Origin: Monocercomonoides exilis PA203
Lineage: Eukaryota; Protista; Preaxostyla
Assembly (NCBI GenBank): GCA_001643675.2
Contig: LSRY02000063.1
Span: 1 to 64,000, forward strand
DNA length: 64,000 bases
Direction of reading: 5' to 3'
Part shown: piece after piece, positions 1 through 12,689 of the stretch
Position numbering within the stretch: position 1 is the first letter of the stretch
Layout of the letters: every line of letters starts with the position of its first letter
Program-made: the position numbers and the translations under genes
The notes under the pieces: generated by a model
Databases searched by the model: none
Seen by the model: only the letters and a program-made list of their open reading frames with translations
What the model was told of the DNA's origin: nothing

Positions 1-3000
1 GTTCGGCAAGGTTACTTTTGGTGTTCCCACTTTTTCGTTAAATAAATGAATAAAAAGCAAATAATAATAATAATAATAATATAAAAATATTATAAACAGA
101 TGATTTGAAAGCATGTTGAGTGAGTGGAAATTAAAAAAGAGACATAGCAGAAGAGCGATACATGAAACAATATCCTTCAAACAAGATACAAAAGCAGAAC
201 TGGTTGATCTGTGTGCTTTTGTCTATTTGAGAATAAGTGATTGTTGCTGAAGATGAAGGAGATGATGATGAAAATAACAAAAAAGAATCGAAGGTGCATG
301 AGAGACCAACGAAGAGAGTGACATTTCTCTTGTCTTGCTTCTTTGCTTTTCTCGCAAAAAGTCAGAAAAGTCAGATCCAGATTGGCTGCTCGTCCAATCG
401 GATTCCGTGTCCATCCAATTCAGCGAAGGCAAGAAAGATAGATGAAACAAAGAAGATTGAAGAACAAAACAGATGAAAATGGAAGGGAGTTGTCGAAGAA
501 GAAAAACAAAGAGATAGATGAAAAGAAGAAGACGATGAAGTTGGAGAAGAACAAAATTGACAACAATGACAGAACATATTGCCAATGCATAAAGAATATT
601 CTGATTCTTTCCCTTTCTCTTCTTCTTCTTCTTCTTCTCTGCTGCTCAATCACCACAAGTTGAATTGATTTTCCTCCCAGAATTCACAAGAGAGGAAGAA
701 GTGAAAGGTGGCTTAAAATCAACAGTGGCAGAAGATAGTCCACCCACTTTGTGTTTTTCATGCTCTTCCAAAGCAATTAGTGAAGATTGTGAGGAAGGAG
801 TTGATGATGTTTGAGGGGTGTTTGGAGACTGTTGTGTTGAAGAAGAAAAAAAATCTTTGCACATCAATTTTATTCTTCGACAGCTCATTATTCCTTTTTT
901 TCATGTTCCGAATGAAATTTTTGTTGCACCTGTGAATATGACGATTTGTGCATCCAAATCTCCTTCTGCTGCTGTGGTTGATTCTCTTTTTCCTCTGCTT
1001 TGCATTTCTCTCTCTCTCTCTCTCTCAATCATCCTCACAAAATTCGCTCATAACCCTTTTCACTCCTGCTGCTTCCAAGCATTCTCATTCAATGCTGACC
1101 CACACAAATAGAACTTGAAATGGAAATGAAGTCACTTCCATTTCAAGTTTCCATCTGATGCCTTCATTGTGCAATCACCAGCACAATTTTGTTCTTTCTT
1201 CACTTCAACAGCAATCCAATCCCAAATCGTCCTTCACAACGCATTTCTCCATCGCTTCCACCAAAAAGAAAAAATATCATTCATCCATCTTCCATCTCAC
1301 TTCATTTCTCCACTTTTCCAAAGCTCCTGGCATTCATCTGCTCATTTTTTCTTCCTTTGCCTCTTTCACCAAAGCAATTTGTCAAGAAAATCAGCCAGAA
1401 ACAAGGCGCATGAGACGTTGTCCATTGTTCTAGAATTGTTCTATTGAAATTAAAAATATGAAAATAGATAAAAGCAGATGTGGATTTCCATTCCAATTAA
1501 TAATCAAACAAATGGTTTTGTTTTCTTGAAATTGTTCGAAAAAATAAAAATTTGGCAAACATTTTATTCAAAACCCTCTCTTCCAATATTATCTTTGCTT
1601 TTGCTGAAAATGTCCATTTTCAAGTGTTTCAGCCCTTGGCAAATTTCTTTTGACTGAAATTGCATCTTTTTCTGCTCAAAGCATGCAAAATGCATCCACG
1701 ATTCATAAAATGCGAAATGCACACAAATGAATAAATAAATCCTGTGTGGATCATGTCTTTGATTGAAAATGTTCATTTCGGCCAGGATTCGCTTTTCAAA
1801 CTTCAATTCAGAAATCAATCATTGTTTCTGATGTTTGAAAGTTCAAAAATACAAATTCTCAATTAATTTAAAATATCACGCTGCGATGTGAAATTGTGAA
1901 TATTTCTCCAAAAGCTCTTTAATTCTTCGAACAAACAAATGTTTTGAAGAACAACCACTGACCAATTGTTAAATTTGAATGCGCAAGTAAATCTCTCTCA
2001 GATGATTCTAAATAAAATGCAACATCATAGAAACCACATTTTGTCGCTGCACACTTGTTGATAAATGAAAACTCAACATATCAAAATTGTTGTATTCTCA
2101 ATTAATATTATTCATATGATCAATATGAAAATTTTTATTCTTTTGAAAATATTGACATAAATGCAACTTCAAATAAAAATACAATTTTTCTTTTGAAATG
2201 AATATTTTTCAAAGTTTATAACCCATATTAAAAAAAGGAATTCAGGAAAAAAAGAAAAGGAGATTCCACTTGGGTGCAGGGTTCAATGCTGTCGGGAATA
2301 TGCTGTTTTGTCTGCATAATATATTTTCGGTGCATGTGCAATGGTGCTGCAAATGAAGAAATATGTCAGATGGGGGAATACAAGAAAGAAAGAATTGATG
2401 ATTATCTCGAGAGAAATTTGTCGGACATCTTTCAAGAGGACGTTTTTGCCAATAAAATTGGATTGGAAACAAACAACGATGGAAGAGAAGGTGGAACGAA
2501 AATAACGAAGAAATATGAAAAAGGAAGGATGGAGATTCAAAAGAAGAGAAGGACGAAAAACTCAAATTCGGAGAAGCCAGCCCAAATGAAATGGCTCGAG
2601 GAACAAACGTGTCTGATGAACGAAAAATGAGGAAACAACAAAGATTTGAGGGAGAAAGTTGGATTGAAGGGTGTTTGATGTTTGCCAATTCTTCAATAAA
2701 ACTCCACTCCCTGGGACTGGTGCCAAATGAAGGTCAAAGTGTATTGAATGCAGTGAAAGGATGTTTCGTCGAAGTGAGCAGATGCAAGATAGAGATTGGA
2801 GGAGAAATGCCACCATTTTGTTTGAGTGGAAGTTGTGGGCTGCTCACCAACATATCTCTCCGATTCCCTTTGAATTCACATTTTCAGAAATGCCCATCTC
2901 TCTTCTCTTCAAAACCATTTGAAGGGGTTCATTCAGAAAAATGTCATGTTTCAGTTTGTTCCTCTCATTTCTCCTCTTTTTGTGTGTCTTCGGCCCCATT

Positions 3001-6000
3001 CATCTCTTCACCCTCTATTCCTCTTGTATCTCTCTCACAACTCACTTTTTCAACATTTCAACAGCACCTGATGCATGTCCATCTCCAACAACTGCATTTT
3101 CACAAACCACATGTTTGATGAACAGTTGCTCCTTTTCATCAGTCTGTGATGTGTATGATGGAGGGATTGTCCCCTCTCAACAACCCCTTTGCCTCTCTGA
3201 CTGCCTCAAACACCTCGTTTACTTGCTGTTGTCGGACAATGAACGTTGAATTCATCGGGTCGAAAGATGCTAAACAGCATCCAGGGAGACAGAACGAAAC
3301 AACTGATGGAGGAAATATATTCACTTGGTGTGAATGGAGTGGATCGAATACAACTGGAGAAAGTGATTCGTATACTGATGGAGAATCTAGTGGCGGGGCA
3401 ATCTGCATGTATAATCTCAATTCTGGAGAACTTTCAGTTTCGAATTGTGCATTCAATGATTGCACCGCACACTTCCATGGAGGAGCTATCATGTGCCATT
3501 CAATCAAATCGATCGAGCTGGTGAGCAGTGTGTTCAATTCGTGCACAGCACAAAACTATGGTGGGGGAGGGGTATATACTTACCAAATAAGTTCATGTAC
3601 CCTTATCTGTGGGTGCAAATTCCAAATATGCAAAGCTCGCTTCGATGGGGAGGGTTGAGATTGGATAATTTTGGTGTATCTGGATCAGGGTGCATTGGGG
3701 AGAAGATGGAGAAGGAGGGAGCTCATGTATGTTTGACTGCTGTTTCGCAACATGTTCAATAACTGATACATGGGGTGGAGGGCTATATTGCTATAATGTT
3801 CCTGCTGCATTCAAAATGAGGAACATTCAGTTTATTTCATGTTCAGCAAATTCAATTGGAGGCGGAATGAGACTATTTCCGAACAGGCCAACACCACCTG
3901 ATGATGGAGTTTATTGTTATTTCTTGTTCTTCCATGAATGCAAATGCTTGGCTGATCCACCATTTGGACATGACGTTGAATATACAGATTATTACAAACA
4001 CTTTTTGGATTCTGGAAATCCATTTTACGAGTGCTATTCCACAAGCATTGATGATAAAAGATTATTTTATGAACACTATGATGGCACTAATTGGAACCAC
4101 AAGCACACAGAAAAAAGGATTGGATGAAGAGAGGGATTCTCAATCGGTTTGTGGCTGCGAGTGGTGGTGGCGAAGATGATCTGTGTGGATTGGATGAGTC
4201 AAGTGCATGCAGAACCATTGGCGTTGCCGTTCATCAAAGCAGGACACAGACAAGATTGATTGTCATCCCAATGGAAGGAGATCACAAAAGCGAAACAACA
4301 ACAATTGAGATTGGGACAAAGAAGATTTCTGTTGTTGGGACAGGCAAAGAGAGGAGTTCGATTGGAACAGGAGCACTTTCATCAACTTCGATTTCTCTGT
4401 TCAGTGTGACAAGTGGCCGTCTTCGTTTGATGCACTTGAAGATTGATTGTAACTCAACAACAAATCCTTCTTCGCCGAGTGTGGCTGTTGTGTCTGAAGG
4501 AAGCGGGTCACTCTCATTGGAGGATGTTGTGATCACCACGAGTAATACAGGAGAATATGTGATATCATCATCAGTGTTTGTGGTTCCACTATCGCAGCTG
4601 TCGATGGTTGGTGTGGAGATCAAAGATATGAATATCTCAAAACCATTGTTTTCTGAGCCAGAACATTCATCAGAAGAAAGTGTTTTGTCAAATGTGACAC
4701 TTCGGAATGTGAAGTTGAAGATTGGAGATGGAGTTGTGGTGGCAAAGAGTGTGAAGTCAGAAGAGACATTTGTGGTGAGCAACATAACAATTGAGGATTG
4801 TGAGTGTGAGGAGGGAAATGGAGGAGGAATGTATGTTGGATTGCAGGGAAGTGGGAATGTGGTAGCGAGTGGAACAAGTGTGATTGATGGATGCAAGGCA
4901 GGGAGTAATGGAGGAAACGGAGGGAGAGGAGGAGGATTATTTGTGGGGATGGAGAATGGGGAATGTGGATTGACAATTGGAGGGAATGTTGAGTTTTCGA
5001 AAGTGAAGGAGAATATGGCCTCATACGGGAAGGATGTGTGTGTTCATTGTGGGGATGGTGTGCTGTTAGAATCAAAAATAAATGCAACTTCATTTGCCTT
5101 TTTGATACAAGTGAAATTCCATCAGATGTGTTTAGGTTGAGTGGGAGTGAAAATGGAGATGAAAGTGAAGTGATTCCACTGTTTGTGTATTTGTGCACAA
5201 TGGGGACAACTATGATTGTTGATGGGAGTGGAGGGAATGGGAAGGATCACGATCATTGTGGATTTGAAGGGTTTGGGTGTTTGACAGTTGATTATTGTGC
5301 GAACTCAAGATTGAGTGAAAGTTCAAAAGAAATAGAGATTATCTCATCTTCGTCAATAACGAAGGAAATAACAGGACCATCATTTGGTGTTATAATTTCA
5401 GGCAGAATAGAATCTTTGGAAGAGGAGGAGAAAATACAGGTGAATGTGAGTGATGGAGGATCAGCCACACAAGAATGGCTTGTTGGATGTTCGAGTTCAC
5501 TGACAATGAGCAGACTTTCATTTGTTGTGAAAGGTCAGTTGGATCCAAGGAGAAAAGCATTCATTCATTCTACATCAACACTCAGTGTGACGAACTGTTC
5601 AGTCTCATTTGAAAGTGGGGCATTGACTGATGGAAAGATAGGATATAATGTGATAAGGATTGAGGGAGGAGAATTAATTATGAATGGATTTGTGATGGAA
5701 GGGTCAGTGACGATGAATGGGAAATCACCAATATCAATGAGTGATGGAGTGAAATTGGAGATTTTGAAGAGCAGAGTGAGTGGAGTGGAGGTGGAAGTTG
5801 CAGGTGGAAATGGAGGAGGAGGATGTTTGAATGTGGGGATGAATGAAGAAGGGGGAAGTGTTTGTATTGAAGAAAGCAATTTATCATCAAGATGTTCAGG
5901 TGGAAGTGAGATGAAAGGAGGAGGGATGATGATATCGGTGGGGAATGGAGGGAGCTTGGAAATGAATAATGTGAATTTATCTGAATGTGAAGTGCCATCA

Positions 6001-9000
6001 GAGGATAGCGAAGAGGGAGGAAGAGGATTGGGAGGAGGGATGTTTGCTGAACTTCCCCATCAAATGGGATCATTTGTGCTTGAAGGAATGATATTTGAGG
6101 GATGCAATGCCTGGAAAGGGAAGAATGTGTTTGTTTCAGGATGGAATCTGAGTGAGGTTGTGAACAAGGATCATTTCAAATGGGAGATGAGTTCAGAGGA
6201 GTTGAGATCGTTTGATGAGCTGTGTGGATGGGAGAGAGTGAGCACAAATGAGGAATATGTAATTCCATTGGTTGTGTATTTGTGGAGCAACTGGAGTGGG
6301 AATGGGTTTGTTTCGAAGGAGGGAGGAAGAGACTTCAGTGGGTGTGGATATTCAGAAGCACCATGTTCATCGATTGAGCACTTGATATCACTGAGATATG
6401 AACCACTTGGAGAAGGGGAATCACACATCAACATTGTTGGAACAGGAGCACTCAACAAAGGAATATCATTTCCATCAGCTCCTTCATTGACAGAAACTCC
6501 CATTGTGACGATCGAAGGAGAAAAGAAAGGGACAGTTTTGAAAGTGAGAGAAATGGATGGAAATGGAGAAGGTGAATCGATGGTTGTTTCGAATGTTCAT
6601 CTTTCATTCAAGAACATATCATTTTCTTTGTCAAATGAATTGGGGAGGCATTCATCATTCATTCAATCATCGTCTTCCTCTGCAATGCTTTCAGTTGTGA
6701 GCTGTTCGATTGATTGTTCTGAGGAAAGGAGAGAGATGAAGTATTGTGTTGCGAGAGTGGATGGAGGAAGTGTTGCAATTGTGGATTTGACGCTTTCTGA
6801 GTTGAGTGTGGCGAAAGGGTTTGTGGAGTTTGGAGCAGAAGTGGAAGTGATTTCAGTGGTGAATGTGTCGATATTGAACACAACAATATCAGGGGGGAAG
6901 CCTGATCACGCTGACTGAGAGATCACACAATTTCCAATTCACGAAAAGAGAAGTGGGAAGCACGAACACAGTTGTGAGAGTGAATGAGTCGACATTCGCA
7001 AACATTTCATGTGGAGAGAATGGAGCATGTGTTGTGAGTGTGGATTCGTTCGGGGTTGGTGTGGAGTGTGTGATGGAAAGGTGTGTGCTGACGAAGTGTG
7101 TGAGTGAGAGGAGCGAGGAAGGGGGAGGGGTGAAAGTGTGTCTGAAGAGTGGGGAATCAGAATTGAAAGTGAGAGGATGCTCGTTTGTGATGTGTGAATG
7201 CTCGACAGTGGATGGGAGAGGAGGAGGGATGATGATTGATGCAGTTGATCCGAATGCTGAATCTGTTGTAAAGGAAATGGCAGCCCTTGGGGTGAGACTG
7301 GAAAACATCCGATTTGTGATGAATGAGGCATTTGTGGGGAAGGATGTGTTCATCAAGTGCTATTCGATTGCAGGGCAGGTGAATGAAACGCTGTTTGTTC
7401 TGGACTTCAGCCAGGATGCTTTGAAGTCGAACAACTCGATTTGTGGGAGGGATGACGTTGACAAGGTTGATGTTGATCTGATTCCATTGATCACATTCTG
7501 TTATTCGGTGCAGGTGTTTTTGAGCGTGAATGGAAATGACAGCAGACAGTGTGGGGCACAGGATAAGCCATGCCAAAGCATTAACTGTGGAGTTCGGCAC
7601 ATTGAAAAGAGTGTTGCGAACATGATTCTGATTGATGGAGAATGTCTGATTGGGGGAGTGTGTGAGATTGGAGATTTGAATGTGAAATCATTGAAGAGAG
7701 TGCAGGCAACCATTCATTTGAACACAATGATTGAAGAAGATGAAATGAATGGAGGAAGTGTGATTGTGTTTGTTGATGAGTGTGTTGTGGAGAGATGTGG
7801 ATTTGTGTTTGGGGAGATGTTTGGGTGGGATGGGGAAAGCATTGTGAAAGAGAAGGATGGGAGATTGGAGATTTCGGAGTGCAGGTTCAGCTCAGCAACG
7901 ATGGATCTGGTGATGAAGAGCTGGATTGTGAGTGTTGAGCATGGAGAGCTGAAGATGACAGAAACAACATTTGATGGGATTCACACCACAGCACCACTTC
8001 TCTCGTTCACCAAAGAGGGAAAGGTTTCGATGAGTGAGATTGGAGTTTGGGATGTGATGAGTGAATGTGGTTTGATTTGTGTTGGAGGGAAGGTTGATAT
8101 GGAGATGAAGGAAGTGAATTTTGAGAATAACTCTGTTTGTGGGAATGAGAGTGTGATGAAGATGGAAGGAGCCGAAAAGAGAATGAGTGTGCTGAACTGT
8201 TCATTTGCTCAATGCCAGGGCACAAATGAAAGAGGGAGAATGGTGGAGATTTGTGAGTGTGTGGATGTGCTGATTGGATCATGCTTGTTTGATGGAGAAG
8301 AAGAAGGTGAGGAAGAAGGAAAGGAAGTGAATGAGATGAGAGAAAGAGATGATGAGATGTGCAGATGGAAAGGATCTCTTGTTGGTGTTGTGAAGAGTTC
8401 TGTTTTGATGAAAGATTCAACAATCATGAATTCACCTGATGGGGGAATAACAATGAGTGGAGGAAGCGTTTTGATTGAAGCAGGGAATTTCTCAAGCAAT
8501 AATCCATCGATTGAAGGATATCCATCAATGAGAAGAAATATCATCTGTTCAGATTCAGGAACATTGAATGTGGTGAGTTTGAAAGGAGGAGATGGAGTTT
8601 TACCAAACACATCACTTTGGATGTTGAATGAATGGTGCAGTTTTGAAGGGATTGTTTCTGAGAGAGATTCATCATTCTTTATTCCTGTGTTGGAGAGTGT
8701 GGAAGCAAAAGAAGAGACAGACAGAATGAAGCTGACAATCAAAGGAATGCTTCTTGTTCCATGCAATCTGTCATTCTCAGTTGTGAAGAGAAAAGGAGAA
8801 GAGAAAGAGATTGAAAAGCATAATTTTGACTCAAATGGGTTCTTGTCAGAAAGAGAAGTTGAAGGGAGTGTGGGAAAAGATCTCATCAGCAATTGTGGAG
8901 ATGAAATAGAAGTGAGTGCGTGCATTTTGTTTGGGAATGCAGAATCTCCGTCATCAACTCAGTCATTTATTCTGAAGAATGCAAGTGAAGCAAAACAAAA

Positions 9001-11719
9001 AGATGATGAAAAGATTGTTGAAGGAGGAAAAGAAGGAAAATCCTATTGGTTGTTGATTGTGATTGTGCTTGTTGTTATTCTGATGATAGTTCTGATTGTA
9101 TCTGTTGTTTTGGCTGTTCGATGGAGGAAAGCAAAGAATGAGAATAAAGATTTGAGAGAGATTGTGAATGATAATATCAGAAAAGATCCAAAGCTGATTG
9201 AGATGGTGACGATGGAGATGTCTCCAGAGGCACAATGGAGGAGGGCAGAAAGAGAAGCTGAGAAGAAGAATGAGGAGAGGATAAAGAAGAGAGTATATGA
9301 AAAAAGCTTGGGACATTCAGAGTCATCGGAGCATTTATTGAGTGAGAGTGGATCAACTGAATATATCCTTGGAAGAGATTCAGACAGGATTCCAGAGTGG
9401 ATGCTCGAGAAGGTTGAAGATGATGAAAAGAAGAAGAAGAAGAGACAAGAAAGAGAACGCCTTCTCCTTCCATTTCATCCACTTCATCCACAGACACTTC
9501 AGACACAGAATCCTCTTTTGTTCGAAGGGAAGATCTGTGCCCGACAACCTCATCGATGTCAAATCTGGTGGATGCAATCGCATGCTCATCTCCTCATGAA
9601 AAATTGATTGTTGATTTAAGGGATTCTTTATTCATGCTGCTTCATGGAAAGAACGAGAAGAAAGAGATGGCAATTGGCTCGTTGAATGAGAGGGAGCAGA
9701 CAGCTGCACAGATCCTGTTCTGGGTGGCCAATCTCGCACTCCACTCCTTTGATGAAATGGAAAATGGATTATCTTCTCTTGCCAACCTCAGCCCACACGT
9801 TATTCTTTTCTCTGAGCACATGGTGATCTGCATTGTTATGCATTCTGATCTCCTTTCATCAGATGATTCAGATTCCTCATCCATCTCTTCAACAACTGTT
9901 GTAACGTCAACAAGTGGTGATGATGAGGAGGATGATTCCCTTCCTTCATCAGCATTTGAGGATGAAAATGATTTCAAAAAGAGTGTCTGAGGTGGAAGGC
10001 ACCAGAGCTGCTGATCAACAAGAAGATGGGGGCAACAAAGGAATCAGTTGTGTTTTCGATTGGGATGATGCTGTGGGAGTGCCTGACGCTTCAGATCCCG
10101 TTTGGGGAGTATGAGGCGGAGGTGGCAGAGCAGAAGATTGCGAATGGGGAGAGACCGTGCTTGTCAGCTGTGGGCGAGAGCAGTTTTTGCGAAGTGATGA
10201 AAGCGTGCCTTTGGCAGGAGGCGAAAGACAGGGCCGAGCTGGAGAGTGTGAGGCGGGAGTGTGTCAGCCACTTTCCAGCAGGAAAGTTGATCATGACGAT
10301 GTCGGATGGCATCTACGACCGGAACAGGAGGATTGTTGTGAGGAGCGATGTTGAAAGTGGAGACGAGACATTGGAAGAGAAACAAACAGAAAAAAAGGAT
10401 TTGTGAAGGAGATGGAGAAATGAAGTTGAACGTTTTGTTTGAGAAAATAACTATTTGAAGGCTGACATGTTGATGTTTTGTGATTTGTTGAGATTTATAG
10501 TGTTTGGTTTCATAGAGAATGGATTTGTGAGTTTGCTATTGTTCTTCCAAATTTTTCGTTGTTCGAGGAGTGTTTGTTGTGATTTCATTTTTTGTATTCA
10601 TTTTCAGGATTGTTTTTTTATTTCTGTTCGATGGAGTTGATTCATTTCATTCAAAAATGAGGATTTCATTTCACATCTGACACGTTTTTTATTGATTTTT
10701 GTTTTGTTTTTGTTTTTGTTTTTGTTTTTGATTTTGTTTTTGTTTTTGATTGAAATATCCTTTTTTTATTCATTTGAAGTTTGTAATTCATATTTTTCTA
10801 ATAACTTTGTGTTGTTCAGTTTTATGTATTTTTCAGCAAGTTCCTTCAAGCACACAAGAAGAATTTGATGTTCAAATGAGATATTTGTTCAATGTTCATA
10901 ATCACCTTTTATTGATGGGATATTATCCTTTGTTGATTCTTCCTGCTTGACTTCAGCCTTTGAATCGATTCATTCCATCCAACAACTTTAAGCTCCAAAC
11001 CAGCCCCTTTCCCCTGATTTTTAGTAAATTTTTTCAGAACGTTTTTTGAGTTTTTTTTCCAGTATTTTTTTCATTTTTTTTTCAGCATACAAATTTTGAT
11101 TTTAAATGTTTTTATGTCAAAATAGCAAAGTGGAAAAGAATATAAAATATGCACTGAAAAATTAATTCATCAATTATGAAGTGGGTGATGTGTTATTTGT
11201 TTGAAAAAAGAAATTGAAAGACATGAATAAAGACGATCTATTTTCATTTCCAATTGTTTCAAAAGCACAGATAACAGTTCCTTTTCATCACTCTTCAAAG
11301 TGAATCATTATTTGGTTCTGTTTGATGTTTCTTCGGTGTCAATAATCTCAATGTTGAATGTGTTTTCCTTTGGTGACTCACAGTTTGATAATGATTGTTC
11401 AAATGGAAGCGATTTAAGTGTTTGACAAAACACAAAAAAATAGCTTTGCTATTGTTGTTTCGAATGAAGACTTGCTATTTTTCATTTTATCACATGCGCA
11501 TCATTTGAGTGAACTTTTTAATGGGACTTTTTTCACTTGTTGGTACTTTTAATGTTAAAAGCTGCCAATCAACAAAAAGTCCCCAATGAATTTCAACACA
11601 TACACAACACTTTTTAACTAGTTGCAGCAGATATTTTTGCAGTTTGTTTTAATATTTTGATTCATTACTCATTGAGAAATTTCATTTTTTTGTAAAATTC
11701 GAAAGGACATTTACCAGCC
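1..11719. repeat. Left arm of giant inverted duplication (runs to the window edge)
   Basis: Base 1 gttcggcaagg..ttttggtgttcccac is the reverse complement of 24390-24430. Identity continues to ...gaaaggacatttaccagcc (11719), mirrored by ggctggtaaatgtcctttc at 12690. The ORF track shows the same peptides on opposite strands. Confidence 0.97.
2286..10406 (+). pseudogene. Frameshifted copy of the 2.7k-aa receptor-kinase-like surface protein (pseudogene or uncorrected sequencing errors)
   Basis: ORFs at 2274, 2591, 3146, 3690, 4091, 5038, 6953, 9556 and 10026 tile the 14000..22141 protein. Breaks near 2520, 3050, 3175, 3650, 3700, 4118, 5100, 6895, 9430 and 9980 are all 1-2 bp indels in homopolymer or dinucleotide runs relative to the right arm. 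Confidence 0.9.
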
Positions 11720-11906
11720 GACTAGGCAACTCCATGAAATTGGGTTCATGTTTTGAATAGTTTTTACAAAGATCTATCAATCTTTAAAATCTTTTTTTTG
11801 ACATACACCTTTTTCGTGATATTTTCACATTTCGTTTTTTTAATAACATGCAAGAACAAAACCCATTATTTCTTTGTTTATATAATGAAACGAAAAAAAT
11901 AAAAAT

Positions 11907-12160
11907 ATGATATGGGTTATTCTTTTTGAAAAGTTGCAACTGCATAATTTTCAAATAAATCATAAATTCCATATTTTGCTCAAATTTTGGTTGACATTCA
12001 CCAAACAGCACTAATATGGAATCTGTTTCTGGATAATGCTATTTCATTCATTCTGAAAAAGATTCGTGAGTGGAAACAGAAATTTGAGCAAAATATGAAA
12101 ATTTTGATAAATTTGCAATTTAACATTTGCGACTTTTCAAAAAGAATAACCCATATTATC
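11907..12160. repeat. Imperfect ~80-bp inverted repeat inside the spacer of the giant duplication
   Basis: atatgggttattctttttgaaaagttgcaa...atattttgctcaaattt (11907-11988) pairs with aaatttgagcaaaatat...ttgcgacttttcaaaaagaataacccatat (12080-12157). Confidence 0.8.
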
Positions 12161-12689
12161 TTTTTTGCAATTAAGCAGATAATGCAAGTGTGAAATTCGA
12201 ATTGTATTCATTCATTTCTTTGCTGAAAGGCTAATAATTGTGATGTGACTTGCAGCTTGCACAACTTATTTTTTTAACGATATATGATCAAGGGTAAAAC
12301 TTGGAAGAATGCCCAACAGTTTGCGATTTCTTCAAATTCCATGTTTTTTGCTTAGTTGGATTGATATTGTTGTTTACTCACATTCAAGATGGAAAATATG
12401 AAAATTCAAGTTATTTCATTGATAAAGTGTGATCTTTTTTATTGATTTTTAATGATCAAAAAAAATGAATAAAATGGGTTGATTCTTGAATTTTCTTTTG
12501 AAGTTACAAAACATAATGTTATCATATTTGTTTCGTTTGCAAATGGATATGAAAATTCAATTCATTAAGAAAATTGAAAAAGTTTGCAAATGTTGAAAGC
12601 AAAACAAAGTTTTCATGATTTTGCGCAAAAAAGCTTGAATGTCCGGATATATCCCCTTTAATCACAAATTCTATGGGAGACACCCGGTT

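Noticed and set aside
223-1496. Many short overlapping ORFs (mirrored at 22984-24436)
   Set aside because: Low-complexity, no recognisable domain or consistent exon chain.
1736-1757. TAAATCCTGTGTGGATCATG upstream of the giant gene resembles the 58676/62299 TIR
   Set aside because: Only ~12 contiguous matches, and no partner TIR or TSD found downstream of the gene.
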